A stretch of DNA of 64,000 nt from the NCBI GenBank assembly GCA_001179505.1, contig CDMY01000698.1:186001-250000 (forward strand), in the 5' to 3' direction. The position numbers and the translations under genes are program-made. This document shows positions 1 through 12,600 of the stretch, piece by piece; position 1 is the first letter of the stretch; every line of letters begins with the position of its first letter. Below the pieces are notes generated by a model that saw nothing but the letters and a program-made list of their open reading frames with translations, ran no database searches and was not told the origin of the DNA. The stretch is from Vitrella brassicaformis CCMP3155 (lineage: Eukaryota; Protista; Chromerida).

Positions 1-1267
1 GAAAGCCGTCCTCTCCTTGGCGAACCTCATGACCAGCCGTTTGACGGATGATTTAGCAACTGAGGTCCGCAGGCAGCCGGCAACATCTTTGACTGCCGCA
101 GTGAATGTGTCGATGTCGTCCGAGAAGAGGCCGTCCACCAGCCCATCGAGGCCGCCAGACGATGTCGATGGATGAGGCGGCGAGGGAGGACCTGACGCAT
201 GATGAGTGTCAGTGGGTGTCTTGGCCTTGACTGGGCGGCGCAATCGGCCCGACGCGGCTGAGCTGCTGTCCGAGTTGGCCGTCTTGGGGAGCGAATCTAT
301 TAAGGACAAGATCTATAGACGAGGCAGGAGGGAATCAGAGAGACATCTGTGCATCCATCGGCTCATGTGTGTGGTCGTGTGGTATCGTTGACTCCGGCCC
401 TCACTTTTGCTGACGGGTCACGGCGGCCTCTCAGCTGCTGGACGGCCTCACACTGGCAATAAACCACACAATCAGACAGACACGGACACATTGCGATTGA
501 CTTATGGCCGCAAGGCTGAACACTCCTTTGTTCGGTCCTCACCTGCACGATTTGGTCGACGAAGGGATTGCTGGTCGCCTTGCCCTTAGTGACCAACTCA
601 TCACCACACCTGCCGGACAGCCCATGACAGACACACACATGTGGAGCAGGTGCAGCCACTTTCATTCCCAGGCAACCACCCCACTCACCCGATCATCCAC
701 TGCAGGAGCTTGACGACACAGTCGACGAGTGTCGGCCCCACAGGCTCGGCCAATAGCTGGCAGACAGCTTCCACCACTCGATGACCTGGGCCAATGTCTC
801 CCAACTCTATGAAGGGAAACACAGCATACACCCAGCCCTAGCTGTACATGTCAGCTTGTGCCCCTTCCTGCGCCTCTCTCTCTCTCTCTCTCTCTCCGTC
901 GCCATTATGCCTGACCTATAGCTACTCTTGCCGCTATCGTCAAACAGGCGAGCATTGTGGGGTAGACGGCTGGCGGCAGCTCGGTGTCGTGGTCAGGAAG
1001 GGCATTGGCCGCTCTAATGGCTCTGATGATCAGCGAGGGGTTGTCAACCAGCGGCCGGCATGACGACAGGGGGAGAGGGAAAGGAAGGTCAAACTGCTCG
1101 ATGACTCTGAGGACGCCCATCATGATGGCACCCAGTGTGTCCGCCGCCATAGCCAACATCCCTCCTTCTGCCGAGCTGATAATGCCCATGAGCGCGAGCT
1201 CCACGTGTGCACAAACGTGTTGTGTGACCAGCCGCTTGACGTCCTTCACGCGCAGGGCTGATGGACC

Positions 1268-1317
<50 letters not shown>

Positions 1318-2222
1318 AGGCGACAAATTGAGTGGTCGGCCGGTCACTCAGTCAGCTTACATCTGGCTTGCCGTCGGGAAACTGCAGTGACAAGCAGAGG
1401 AGGTAGATCCAGCGCCCGCCGCCATCTCTGTGGGTCCATGAGGGTCGCTCCTTCCACCAGCTTCAGCAGGTGGTCGACCAGCAGTGTGAATAGCGGGAGG
1501 GACAGGTGGAGGGGAATGGGGGTGGGGTCCGCACCGGGGGAAGGTGACGATGGGTTGAACGGCAGCAGCAGCGACTCCAACACGAAAAACGCCATAGGCG
1601 AAACAAACCGATGTGTGTCAGTGAAGATGACCTTCAGGCACTGCTTGATGGTGGTCTAGTGGCCGGCGAGGAGTGAGTCGCGTAGACGAGCACCCTCCTG
1701 CGGTGCAGCGTCACGCAGAGCCTCAAGCACCGAGGTAAGAAGCCGCAGCCGCACATAAGTCACGACATCCACTGCAGCATCAGCTTCGAGGATGTATTTG
1801 ACGTATAGGCTCTCACCGGGCCCATAACAGCTGCTGCCGCCCTCTGCGGCCTGCCTCCAGCCCACCAGATCCACAACGACAGCAGCGACATCCACCAGCT
1901 GAGATGGCTGCAAAGCCCCAAGAGCGGGGTCAATCTCCACAGTGAGGAAGAGCAGCAGATCGGCCACAGCCAGCTGGATCTCTCTGTTGCCGTCGTCCAG
2001 CAGCAGCAGCAGCAACAAGTGGCGACGGGCATCTTTGTCGATGAGAAGGCGACGGAGCAAATCTCGGCATTGCTCTCTGCTGAGCCTGCCAGCGATGTAT
2101 GCATGAGTGACTTTCCGCGCCGCCGCCGCGAAGGTCCTGGGGTCCGCTGAGAGGAGATCTGCCGCAAGCAGGTCGAGGTCGCCCTGACTCAGCAGCAGCG
2201 GCTCACGAGATCCCTTCCTCAT
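1..2222 (-). pseudogene. Copy A of the helical-repeat (ARM/HEAT-like)/RING multi-exon gene family; 5' part only, runs off the window start; premature TAG
   Basis: Exon 1 starts MRKGSREPLLLSQGDLDLLAADLLSADPRTF (ATG 2222). Following GT-AG exons read LRVKDVKRLVTQHVCAHVE, LGDIGPGHRVVEAVCQLL, CGDELVTKGKATSNPFVDQIVQ, CEAVQQLRGRRDPSAK and ILSLIDSLPKTANS, all alignable to copies at 14.2-17.0 kb and 54.6-57.3 kb. In-frame TAG at 1656-1658 (LLAGH*TTIKQCLK) where the paralogs have Leu and the frame continues. Confidence 0.8.
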
Positions 2223-2652
2223 TTTGATGGAGGGCTGCACACGTGGGATGGGTGAAAGAGGAAAGAGAGGGCGCACGGAACGAACGCCCTCTCCCCTCCC
2301 GCCTAGCTCGCAGATGGAGCTCTTCCCGGGAAGAGGTGGATGCAGCCTCTTCCGCGGTGTGAAAAGCCGGATCTGCCATCCGAGGTGTGGCAGCCTGAGT
2401 GATGGAGAGCTTAGATGACCCACGCTTCCGTGCCCATCGCGACGAGGACTTTCTTCGCGACAACCCGCGAGACAACACCAATAGGCATGTATGTGCTCAC
2501 GCGGCATACACGCACACACAGACACACACACAGACAAGCAGTGAGTGAGGCAATGAGTGAGTGTCTTGGCTGAGTGCAGACTTCTACGGTTCACTATTTT
2601 ACGACCCATCGGCATTGAACGAGCGGCTGCAGCGAGGCGAAGAGGTGCCTGA

Positions 2653-3433
2653 GTGAGTCAAACAGCAATTGTCAAACAGACAAGCAGAGAGCGGCAGGGC
2701 AACCGCTGTGACTCATGTGAGCGTGTTTGCAGTGATTTGGACGGCGTCGAGTATCGTGTGGTGCAGCCGATTCCCATGGATGAGCTGCAGCAGCGGGGAC
2801 TCATCACCTTCTCCATCAGACCTCTGGATCATCGCCAAACTGACGAGAAGGACCAACGTCACGCACACTGCAACCGTACAGTACACTGACCGACTGACTC
2901 ACTCATCGGTGCCTGCCTGCTTGCTTCACCACTGGTCGTGTATTCTGTGGTCTCTCTCTCTCTCTCTCTCTGTGTGGGGGGTGTGTGTGTGTGTGTGTGT
3001 GTGTGTGGTGCAGACGTATTACGTGTAGGAGAGTGTGATTTACGAGGCGCCATCTCTGCTGCGGCTGCTCAACAAACGCCTCACGAACACGGCCACCAGC
3101 TTTGCTCGGTGAGCAGCCGAGACCCATGCCCACTCTCGCTGTCTGTGTTGATCTGTGTGTGTGTGTGTGGTTCAGATGAGTGGTTTGAGACGGTGAGGGG
3201 GCTGTGGCGCTTCTCGGTTAGTCATGGCTGCAAGTGGCGCACCGACGGCACCACACGCACCCATTAATATGCCAGCCCCCCACGCGTCGTTCATCCCCCT
3301 CATATGGCGCGTCACCGTCGCTCGTATGGATCGGCAGCGTCAGCACCGACCTGCCCACGCCAGTTTCCACCAGCAGCATGAGGGATTACGACGATGGCGA
3401 CATCGATGACTGGAGCTGGCGGCAGACGGACAG
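2653..3433 (+). pseudogene. Degenerate multi-exon hypothetical gene remnant
   Basis: Exon-like blocks with GT/AG flanks: DLDGVEYRVVQPIPMDELQQRGLITFSIRP; TYYV*ESVIYEAPSLLRLLNKRLTNTATSFAR (in-frame TAG 3026-3028); DEWFETVRGLWRFSVSHGCKWR. No family recognised. Confidence 0.35.
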
Positions 3434-4229
3434 GTCGGCAGGTTGGTAGGAATGTGATGTAATTCATGCAGTGTTTTGACGGATGAAGAGAGGGAGGGAG
3501 CAAGGACACGTGTGTGGTGTGTGAGGGTTCTGTTTTGATGAATGATGTCGTGTCGTGTCGTGTGGTTAACAGCTTTGCGTGCATGGGCGTTGTTTCATGT
3601 GTATGACACCGCTGCAGACGCTGGTGAGTAAGGGCTGGACGGTCTCTCCGACATCCACACGTCGCCGGGACAGGCACCTTCCGACCGAAGACTGACTGTT
3701 GTGAACGTCATACACACGCATATATGCATTGCATGGGACGTGTTTGTGTATATGGATGGACGGATGGATGGACGGATGGATGGATTATGTATTGCATGGC
3801 GATTGATGCGATTAGTGAATGAACAGTACCAATCATGGCATAAATGCAATCCAACGCCGCATGTAAACCCCATGAACGCTGGTTGCTTATGGATGGACCA
3901 CAGCAAAGTCAAATCTCCGTCCGTCCATGTACATACATATCCGTATGTATGACACATATATACAGTAAAACAAGGAAAAAGAACATTACATTAATGAATA
4001 CACGAAAACCCTCGATTGATTCAGCTCGTCGCCGGCACCCGTTTCCTCAGCCCTACAGGAGAAAACAGAAGGCAAGAGAATCATGCAGTGCACATCCGCC
4101 TGCGTCGGGTCTTTGATCCATGCCATGCAGAGCCTCGCTCACACCTTCTGCCTGTGTTTCTGGGCCACGCCGCTCCGATGTGAGGCCAGTGACTGCAATC
4201 AATCGAGAGAAAATTCCCCTCCGCCTGTC

Positions 4230-5056
4230 ACACGCAACACACAGCTACAGAGGGAAAGTATGAGCGAGCTGCATGCTCTGCGATTGTCGGTCGCTGCGTA
4301 GATGGGTACATACTGGGTTCGCACGCACGTACGTGTCCGTCTGCCCGCCATCAGCACCAATTGGTGCCTCAGGTGCTTTTCGAGTAGGACAGAGCGAACC
4401 CCCGGGGGCAAAGGCTGCACACACAGACACACAGACGCCAGACACGGACAAGACAACCGGCAACTTCCTTCCTCCCGCATCTCAACAAACCCGCGACTCC
4501 CCTCCCCGTGTGCGTGTAGTGTACCTCCGATCCGTCGCTTCTTGGCCCTGGTGTACGACGCCTCGACAAACCGCACGAGGTCCTCCTTTCCCTTCACAGA
4601 GAGAACGCCACTGGCAGCAACGTAGGTGCTCTTGCACGCATCGAGGTGCTTGATCCTCTCCTCCGCAACCTCCGGGAGAAGCGAGGCCCTGAGCTGGGCA
4701 TCAACCTCCTCCTTGAATTCAGGTATCTGTGCCTGTAGCAGAGAGAACACGCTTCCTGTCATCGCCGCCCCTTTCGCCGTAGACATGGTGACCAACTTCC
4801 TGTTTAACGAAACCCGCATTCCTAACTCTTTGCGGATCGGAGACGGCCACTGGTTCACATTTCTCGGAGAAGGACGGAGGGAAGGATACGTCAGCGCACG
4901 CACCACACACGGACGGAGTGAGGCTGCAGCGCGCTCCCATTGGCTCAGCCGAAAAAACGAAAGATCCAAGAAAGATCCGCTCGTCATCTCCATCTCACAG
5001 CTCCATAGGCTTCTCCTGCGGCATATGGCCGCAACTGTGTAGCGGCCCCGTTTCAC
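4230..5056 (-). CDS. Hypothetical protein, probably multi-exon; start and 3' end uncertain
   Basis: Long non-repetitive protein-like frame (RKELGMRVSLNRKLVTMSTAKG...EDLVRFVEASYTRAKKRRIG), then an intron-like tract and a further exon-like block QPLPPGVRSVLLEKHLRHQLVLMA. No family recognised. Confidence 0.4.
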
Positions 5057-5171
5057 CCTTCGAGCAGCCGCTACTCATCGCCCTCTCTCCGGCCCTCTCT
5101 GCACCAGAGGATCATCTGTCCGCGACCAGGGCCGGGATTTCCATGACGGGCTCCGCTAGTGGCACGAGATC

Positions 5172-6665
5172 ATGAGTGAGGCGGGCGGCGTCAGGACCAT
5201 TGATAACGCACGGGGCGTGATCGATGTGCACAAGCAACAAATATGGCTGTGTCTGTCTTTGTATGTATATAGTGTGTGTAAAGGTTGACGTGGTGATAGT
5301 GCGCTGCGCTGGTCAATGTCGCCGGTGTGGCGGAGTCTTCGAGGCCAGCTCGATTGTAAGGCAGCCGGACAGCCAGACACACAGCATCCATCCAGCCATT
5401 CCTCCCCTCATATCAGGTGAAGCTTCATTGCTCGGGTGCTGCCGAGGCCTTCTTCCCCCGCACCAGTCGTCACAGCTTCGGCATACAGTACACTATGCCG
5501 GTAAGCACCACGACCACAACACAGATCAGGAGAGAGAGAAAGACGCGCACACACATGTCTGTATGTGACCATCGATCTCGATCAGGTCTGCCGGACCGTG
5601 CCCACGCCTGTCGCATCTCTCCGACCCCACAGCAGGTGCTCCACCACACCCCATCATCATAACACAGCCCGACGAATGTCTGTCGCTGTCCCCCTCTCTC
5701 GCTCATGCACACAGAGGCCGTATGAGCGCGCGAGGGGCTACGCGTCCAACCTCAATATGACCATCTCATCGGAGCTCTCACTCGACGGCGCCATCCAACC
5801 ACAGACAACAAAACCGCGTCGCAAATCGCCGACTTCCTCTGCAGCGCCGCTGAAAGCGGCGACGTGCAGGCGGTGTTCGCCTGCGTCACAGCCGATGGCG
5901 GCGAGGCGTTCGCCGAGGCCGTCATCGAAGCCAAACAGGACTTCGACACTGTGGCTGTGGTCAGTCAGGGGAGGAGGGACACGACAGCCAGCCTCAACGC
6001 TCACATGTGGGTGTCTGTGTTTGGTTTTGCGTGCAGTCGCACTGTGAGAATGTCCACATCGCGCCTCCATTGGGATAGCACAGAGCTCATGGAGAGGAAA
6101 TGACCAAGTCGTTCCACAGACGCCCCGCGGCCGCCCAGCTGCAGCTGACTATGTGAAATGGTCCATGGATTAGGTTCCTTGCTGAGTGTGGTGCCTCTTC
6201 TGTGACTCGGTGAGCTCGTACGGTCAAAACCTGGGCAGCAAGGGGCTGGCCGAGGGAGAGGTGCAGCAGCAGATAAAGAGAATGAGACGACAGGGGGAAC
6301 AAGACGTGGACGTCTCCGAGAGGTGAGCCAGGGAGTGACCAGACACACACCCGACACCACACGGCACACCACATGGACATTCATGCTCACGTTCCTTTCC
6401 TGGCTCTGTGTGCAGGCGTCGGTCGTATCACAGGATCACCGCCACCAACGCGCTGGGCACCGTCACTGCAGAGGAGATGGAGGTCAGCGAAACACCCCAC
6501 ACATGTGGACTTGGCTGACATCGATGCCCGTGTGTGTCACGCTCCCTCGCTCTCGGCCCTCCTCTCTGTGTGTGTGTTGGTATGTTCCCTCAGGCGTACA
6601 GTCGCAGCCGCGTGCACCCCGACGACCCCATCAAGGGGTTTCTCAAGCGATGTGTGTGGCAATAG
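5172..6665 (+). pseudogene. Degenerate multi-exon gene remnant with ankyrin-like segments
   Basis: ATG 5172 (MSEAGGVRTIDNARG). Exon-like blocks VDVVIVRCAGQCRRCGG, QIADFLCSAAESGDVQAVFACV (ankyrin-like), M*NGPWIRFLAECGASSVTR* (ankyrin-like with stops), RSYHRITATNALGTVTAEEME and AYSRSRVHPDDPIKGFLKRCVWQ*. Frames are broken by stops. Confidence 0.35.
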
Positions 6666-7587
6666 GCGGCTGTCGTCCTGTCTGCCTGTGTGCGGCCGGG
6701 TTGTCGAGTAGGTCGGTGAATGGTGTGTGTGGTCTGCCGTCGTGAATGGTGCTCGTATCGACTCTTGATGCGGGGTTTTTTACGATTGTGACTGGGTGGA
6801 CAGCACTCCATGACATGAAGGACGCGTGTGCGCTCTCTGCTTCCAATGGGATGTCTTGAGGAATTTGGTATGCGGTGGGTGGACCAACGTGGAGACGCAA
6901 GCATTAAAGTCATCCACTCGCCGTACATGGGTCTCTCTACTGTAATAGGTAGCTCAAGACCTGTCCAATACAATGTAGGCAGCGATGAAGCTCGATGCCC
7001 AAAGGGCTGCGATGCCTCAACGTGACTGAATTGCTCCGTGGAGACACGAGCATTCATGAAAATGGCCCTGCACGTCCTTTCCGATATAAAATGTAGGTAG
7101 CGATAACCAGACACCTCTCTCTCTCTCCCTCCCCCGTAAGTAACAAGAGTGCCATTCATGTGCACACCCCATTGTGATGCTCTCTCCCTACCAGTCGGCT
7201 CTCTCTGTCCGTCCGGTTCTTGCCTGCCTTCTCGCGAAGAGATCATACCCGCGACACAGCATGGTAGGTAGGGCTATCTATGTGCTGTGGGACAAAGCAA
7301 ACCATGAATGAAGCAACCGTATGCACAACCACCACCCCTCCCTCCCTCCCTCCCTCTGATGCTGCGGCCGTCAGGTCAGCTGTGACCTCTCGATTTCCAA
7401 GCCTCTGCTGCACAGAGACACAGACAGAGACACACGCGACATGATGGATCCCGTCATGTGCTTTGGTACATATGGGAGTCTCTGTGTATAATGTCTCTCA
7501 CGTGTTGCAGGTTATTATTCCGTGTGATGTGTTGGGCAATAATGGCTGATGTCTGTCCGTCTGTAGACTACGTGTGTGTTGTGTGAG

Positions 7588-9330
7588 TCAGTTGATGCTG
7601 TATCCCCTCTCGAGGTTGAAGGCCTCGCGGGCCGGGTTGAGGGTCGCCTTGGGAGGTGCCTGGAGGCTCGCGTAGAAGCTGTTTACTCCCTGCGTTAGAG
7701 GGAAAGGAGAGAGCAAGAGAAACAAATAGAAAACAGAGCAGCGAGCGAGCGAGCAATGTAATGAATGACACGTGTCGTGTGTGCGTGATTCAGCTGATAT
7801 CTATCGTCCCTCACTCACCGCGGTCTGCGTCCTCACCTCCTCCTCTGCACCCACACACACAGGTGCTTGCGGGCTGATCTGATGGATGGACGGATGGATG
7901 GATGGATGGGTGGATATGTGTGTACCTCCCTACCGTTGTTTGTGCCTGCCATGTACCACAACTCAATCTTCGGGCCCTTGTTGCTGTTCTCGATCTGACG
8001 CACAGGCACGAATACCAGACACGTACACACACGCGGATCGGATTCACCTGCGCACGTGCTCATGGATGTATCGCATCTGTGGGCGCCGTGTGGTTTGGTC
8101 TGTGTGGCCGTACGAAGCGGATGCCGCAGAGTCTCTCGTATGGTTTGATGTTGGTGGTAATGGCGGCGGCCAACAGGCGATTGAGATGCTCGTCTGGCCA
8201 ACCAACGGGAGCACGCAAAGGCGATTGGTCGGTTGATGGGTTTGTCTGCCTGCACTCGTGTGAAGAGCTCAGTCACCTACGTCATACCGGTCCGCGCTCT
8301 TGATGGAGGCGAAGATGTGCGGCTCTGTGTGTGGGACGCTCCAGCCTCCATCCGCTTCTCACCTGAAGACACCGACGCCCTTGGCGGCATCCCCACGCCA
8401 GGTGCGACCCTCCTTCTTCTCGACCAATCTGACATCGGCGGGGAGGGAGACAGAGAAACAGAGAGACAGCGAGATACATACATACGTAATACATGTGCTC
8501 ATTTATTCTCGAGCATTTGCGTCATATCGTCGTCGCCCTTCTTGCTCGCCGCCTTGATGGCCTCGCCAAGTCTCTTGTCGATCACCGCGGCGGTCTTGGA
8601 GTAGAAGATCATGGTCTCGCCGTGTGGCTTCGTGAGGCTGTTGCTGTGCTCGGCGAATGTCTTGTCGAAGGCCGAGAGGAAGGCGTAGAAGACCACTATG
8701 AGGCCCTTGCACGTCATAGTGGTCTGGAGCTCGGCTGGCCCTCCTTGTCCCACACTCCCGGCGGGTGGCCCCGGTGGTTGTCCCTCCGACTCGCTGAAGG
8801 ACAGGAATGACCTCAGGGACTCGGATGACGTCGAACGATGCGGTGCATCTGCGTACACAGCAATCATCGCAGATACACATGTGCCCATGCGTGCGCCCTA
8901 CGTGTCTTATCACACAGCGCGTACTTGTTATCTGGACGTCGTAATCGTATTCGGTGTGCCCCTCAGATTTGACTACTTCCAGGATGGGGCGCGGCACCCT
9001 GCCATCTATTTGATACTCATTGTGGAGGGCCTGCAACAGGCCTCCTCCGTCGACTTGGTCGTCCTCAACATCAAACTGGAAGAGGAATGGCGCCTTGCAG
9101 CCGGGTGGGTGACGTATCTTGAAGATCTTCTGCTCCAAAATGGCAACGCGGGGCTGGGGCTCCGGGAAGCTTAAGGCGCCCATCTTTGGTCGTCCTCGAC
9201 ATCAGATGGGAATGGGAATGGCGCCTTGTATCCGTGCGGTAGGTTGAGGGCGACGAGGGAGACCGCATAAGCCAACAACCGAGGAAAAAACGCGGCCGTG
9301 ATTGATGTCGATTCGAAAATCAGGGTTTGC
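7588..9330 (-). pseudogene. Degenerate multi-exon hypothetical gene remnant
   Basis: Protein-like blocks QKIFKIRHPPGCKAPFLFQFDVEDD, CTASFDVIRVPEVIPVLQRV shifting frame to MTCKGLIVVFYAFLSAFDKTFAEH, LVEKKEGRTWRGDAAKGVGVFR*EADGGW, EHLNRLLAAAITTNIKPYERLCG, IENSNKGPKIELWYMA and GVNSFYASLQAPPKATLNPAREAFNLERGYSIN*, separated by microsatellite introns, with stops and frameshifts. Confidence 0.4.
9055..9234. repeat. Imperfect 49-bp direct repeat (9055-9103 and 9186-9234)
   Basis: ttggtcgtcctcaacatcaaactggaagaggaatggcgccttgcagccg vs ttggtcgtcctcgacatcagatgggaatgggaatggcgccttgtatccg; minus-strand translations GCKAPFLFQFDVEDDQ and GYKAPFPFPSDVEDDQ. Confidence 0.8.
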
Positions 9331-9639
9331 GGGGTTTGTTTGTCTCCGTCTCCGATTCTCGTCGTTTTTTTGTTTTTTTTGTCGTTGCTGTTCCCTCTTA
9401 GTCCACGACCAAGGCGCTGTGGTGAAGGCAAACACGAGAAAGCAAATGCTCTCTTTCTTTGGTCTGCGTCTGTGTGCGCCTGAATATGGGTATCCATTCA
9501 TTCACTCTCTGCTATCAATGGGGTCGGGACGACTGCTGAGGGTGTCTATCACCTCATTTCATTGGCACATGCGCGCAGGTCAGATATGAATATTGACCTC
9601 AGGCGACCCAAAAAGCGCTATTCATCATTCATGGCATTG

Positions 9640-12600
9640 CATCGATCAAAGGTCCTCACGCAAATGTGTGTTCGTCTGTCTGTCTGTCTGGATAAATACG
9701 CCGGCATGCACACGCACACGGACATGCAGCGAGCAGTGTGTGGACGCACATGCAGCACATACACACAGATGTATATCGAGGGCACACGCATACAGATGCA
9801 ATGGTAATACAAACACACCCGCTGGCACACGCAGATGGGATGGATGGCTGGCTGGTGAGGACAAAAACGGACATACACATAAGGCACTGACTCACACACG
9901 ACAGACAGACTTGACCGTAAAGGACACTCACCCACTGGCTGGCATATCGCTTAAATCGACAGACAAACATGACCTCTTGCCCTCCACCCGCTCCATGCCC
10001 TACCCTCCTTCGACTCGACTCCCTGAGATGTCAGTCAGGATGCGCCGGTCACGAAGGGTTTGGTGGACCATTGGGCGACCTCGCTCACCGACCCCGCGAA
10101 GGCGACCTCTGTCTGGCACTGCTCGCACAGGTAGCCCTCCGGCAGCATGGCCATGGGCTCCTTGTCCTCCTTGATGAGCTCCTTGTTGACCTCGACACGC
10201 CGCGCATTCTCGGCCCTCACTCGGGGGAGGTTCTGCCGCCAGGCCTTCCGGCGGTCGGCGTAGCACTTGGTGCAGATGTGCATGTGGCGGCAGGGGATGT
10301 ACATGACGGACACCGGGCCGTGCTCGCCGAAACAGATGACGCAGGCCGGACCGTCATCCCCATCACCATGTTGCTGATGCTGCTGGTGGTCCGTTGTGTT
10401 GGGGGGTGTTGATGGGTGTGGCTGGGCGAATGATGAGGAGGGGGGCGGGGGGGCCGACGAACTGCTGCACGAAGGTGGCTGGTGGTGCTGGTGGTGAGAT
10501 GATTGCTGCGCGGTCATTTTGGCGATCCTAAGCGCAGAAAACCATACAGTGAGCTGAATGCACTCTTTTGGCGAGTCTGTGCGTGCCTTGCTTACGTCCA
10601 CTGGGCCTCCTGCAGCTGGCGTATCATCGCCTCCTCATTCCGCTTGGCGTCTTGTTCCTTCTGTTTGGCCTCCTGCAACTCCCGAGCCCTTCGCCTGGCC
10701 ACACGGGCTCTCCGCTTGGCCTCCTCATCCTTCTGCTCGAGTTGGCGGCACAGCTGATCGACGAGCTCCTCACTTCCAGAGGCACCAACACCACCACCCA
10801 TCACCGCACCAAACCTACACACAAAACAAACAGCGGCAAAGTGACAGAGTGATACGTGCTGTCGGTTTCCTCTCAGCCTGCCTCTGTGTACCCTGTGGAT
10901 GGCCTGCCATTGCCGCCGTGCACCGTCCCGGCCGTCTGGGCCGCAGCCAAGGGGTCGGGTGCATTGCTCGATGAGGGCAGCTGGTACCCCTCCTCCTCAT
11001 ACTCAAATATGGGCGGCGGGGGCGGCACATACATATCGTCATCATCACTGTCGTAGCCATAGAACGGGTCAGCCGACAAGCCACCACCACCAGAGCCACT
11101 GGCACCACCACCACCATTAGCAGCCGCAGCAGCTGGCGTTGGACTGGACGGGAAGGGATGAGGGAAAGCGAACGGACGCGGACGGGGAGCGCCGGACGGC
11201 TGGGGGCCGTCATCGTAGCTGACAGGAATCGAGGGACCCATCGGATGGAAATCGCTGCACGCCAGAGCAGGCAACGAGAGGTCCGTAAAGGCGTTGCTGA
11301 CAGACAGAGAGACAGACATGATGCCCGCGTTACCTCGGGTCGATCGGTGGTTGCGGTGGGGGTGGCGGTGGAAAGGCCGGCGGGGGCGGCACACAGTACG
11401 TGTCGTCGCCATCACTGTCGTAGAACAGATCAGCCGACAGCCCACCAGCGCCACGACCGCCAGCAGCAGCAGCAGCCGGTGGTGCTGGCCCGACAGGCGC
11501 ATGGGCGAAGAAGGGACTCATCGAAGCACCAGCAGTAGACAGACTGTAGACACAGCAGAAAAGGTAATCATTGCCATCGGATATCCCAGCGCTCACTGTC
11601 TGCGGCCATCTCACCTCGGCCTCTCGTCACGTGTCGGCTGCTGTTGGTCGTCTTGTCCACTCTGCCGGTGCTGCTGCAGCGATGGCCTGTTGCGCAGCTC
11701 CTCAGCCGACGGGAGTGGGGGGAAGGGGATGGAGGGGGGAGGGGGCGGGTGGTGGGCAAAAATGGTCATGAGGCCCCTCCCCGCCCCACGACCTCCCACC
11801 GGCCGACAGGGAGGCGACGCACAGCCAGACGGACTGTCATCATCAGACAGCAGCGGGATGGCAGCCGGACGCCTCGGCAGAGGAGGGGACATCCCCCCGT
11901 TGCCAGGTGACATCTTGAAGCGACCCTTGGGGAAGTGGGCGCTTGAGAGGGGGATGGGTGCGGGCATCCGAATGGGTGCTGTGCCGCCGCGATAACGATC
12001 CTCGCTGGCGGCAGGTGGAGGGCGGTCCATCCGCCCCGTCTGATTGGTCCTGAGTGCGGGTGGGAGTGAGGGGCGGGACGGCTGAAATGGGTGAGCTGTG
12101 GGCGTCGGGATGGGCCTGGTGTTATGCTTGCCCTTCTTCTTCTTCTTGCCCTCGTTCCTCTGTTGCCGTGCGAGTTGCGCGAATGCCGAGTTGAGCAGCA
12201 TAGCGTCGCCGTCCTCATCATCACTGCCGTCAGCGTCACTTCCACCAGCCGCCGACTTTGCTGCATCGCCACCATCACCAGGCAGGTCGCTGCCCCCAGC
12301 GACTGACACGGATGACACACCAGACGCACCAGACCTGCAAAGACAGGGATCGACAGACACACACAGGAATCAAACGTATCAGGGCATCTCGTCAAGTGGG
12401 TGGGTTGCTCACGTGTCGGCGATGGACGAAGAGGGCTCCGACTGACTCGCCTCAACCTCATCCGCAGCAGAAGCCCGCCTACGCACACACACATGAGTTA
12501 AATAGTTCCATCAGCCGTGGTCTTTGGGTGGATGGCTTCCCTACCTGGTGGATGCGGCGGTGGAGGGCACCGATGGCTCCATGATCGGATCAGAAGGGCT

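Noticed and set aside
6590-7246. 218-aa minus-strand ORF in less repetitive DNA
   Set aside because: No motif and no supporting exon chain; it may be part of the decayed region but cannot be supported.
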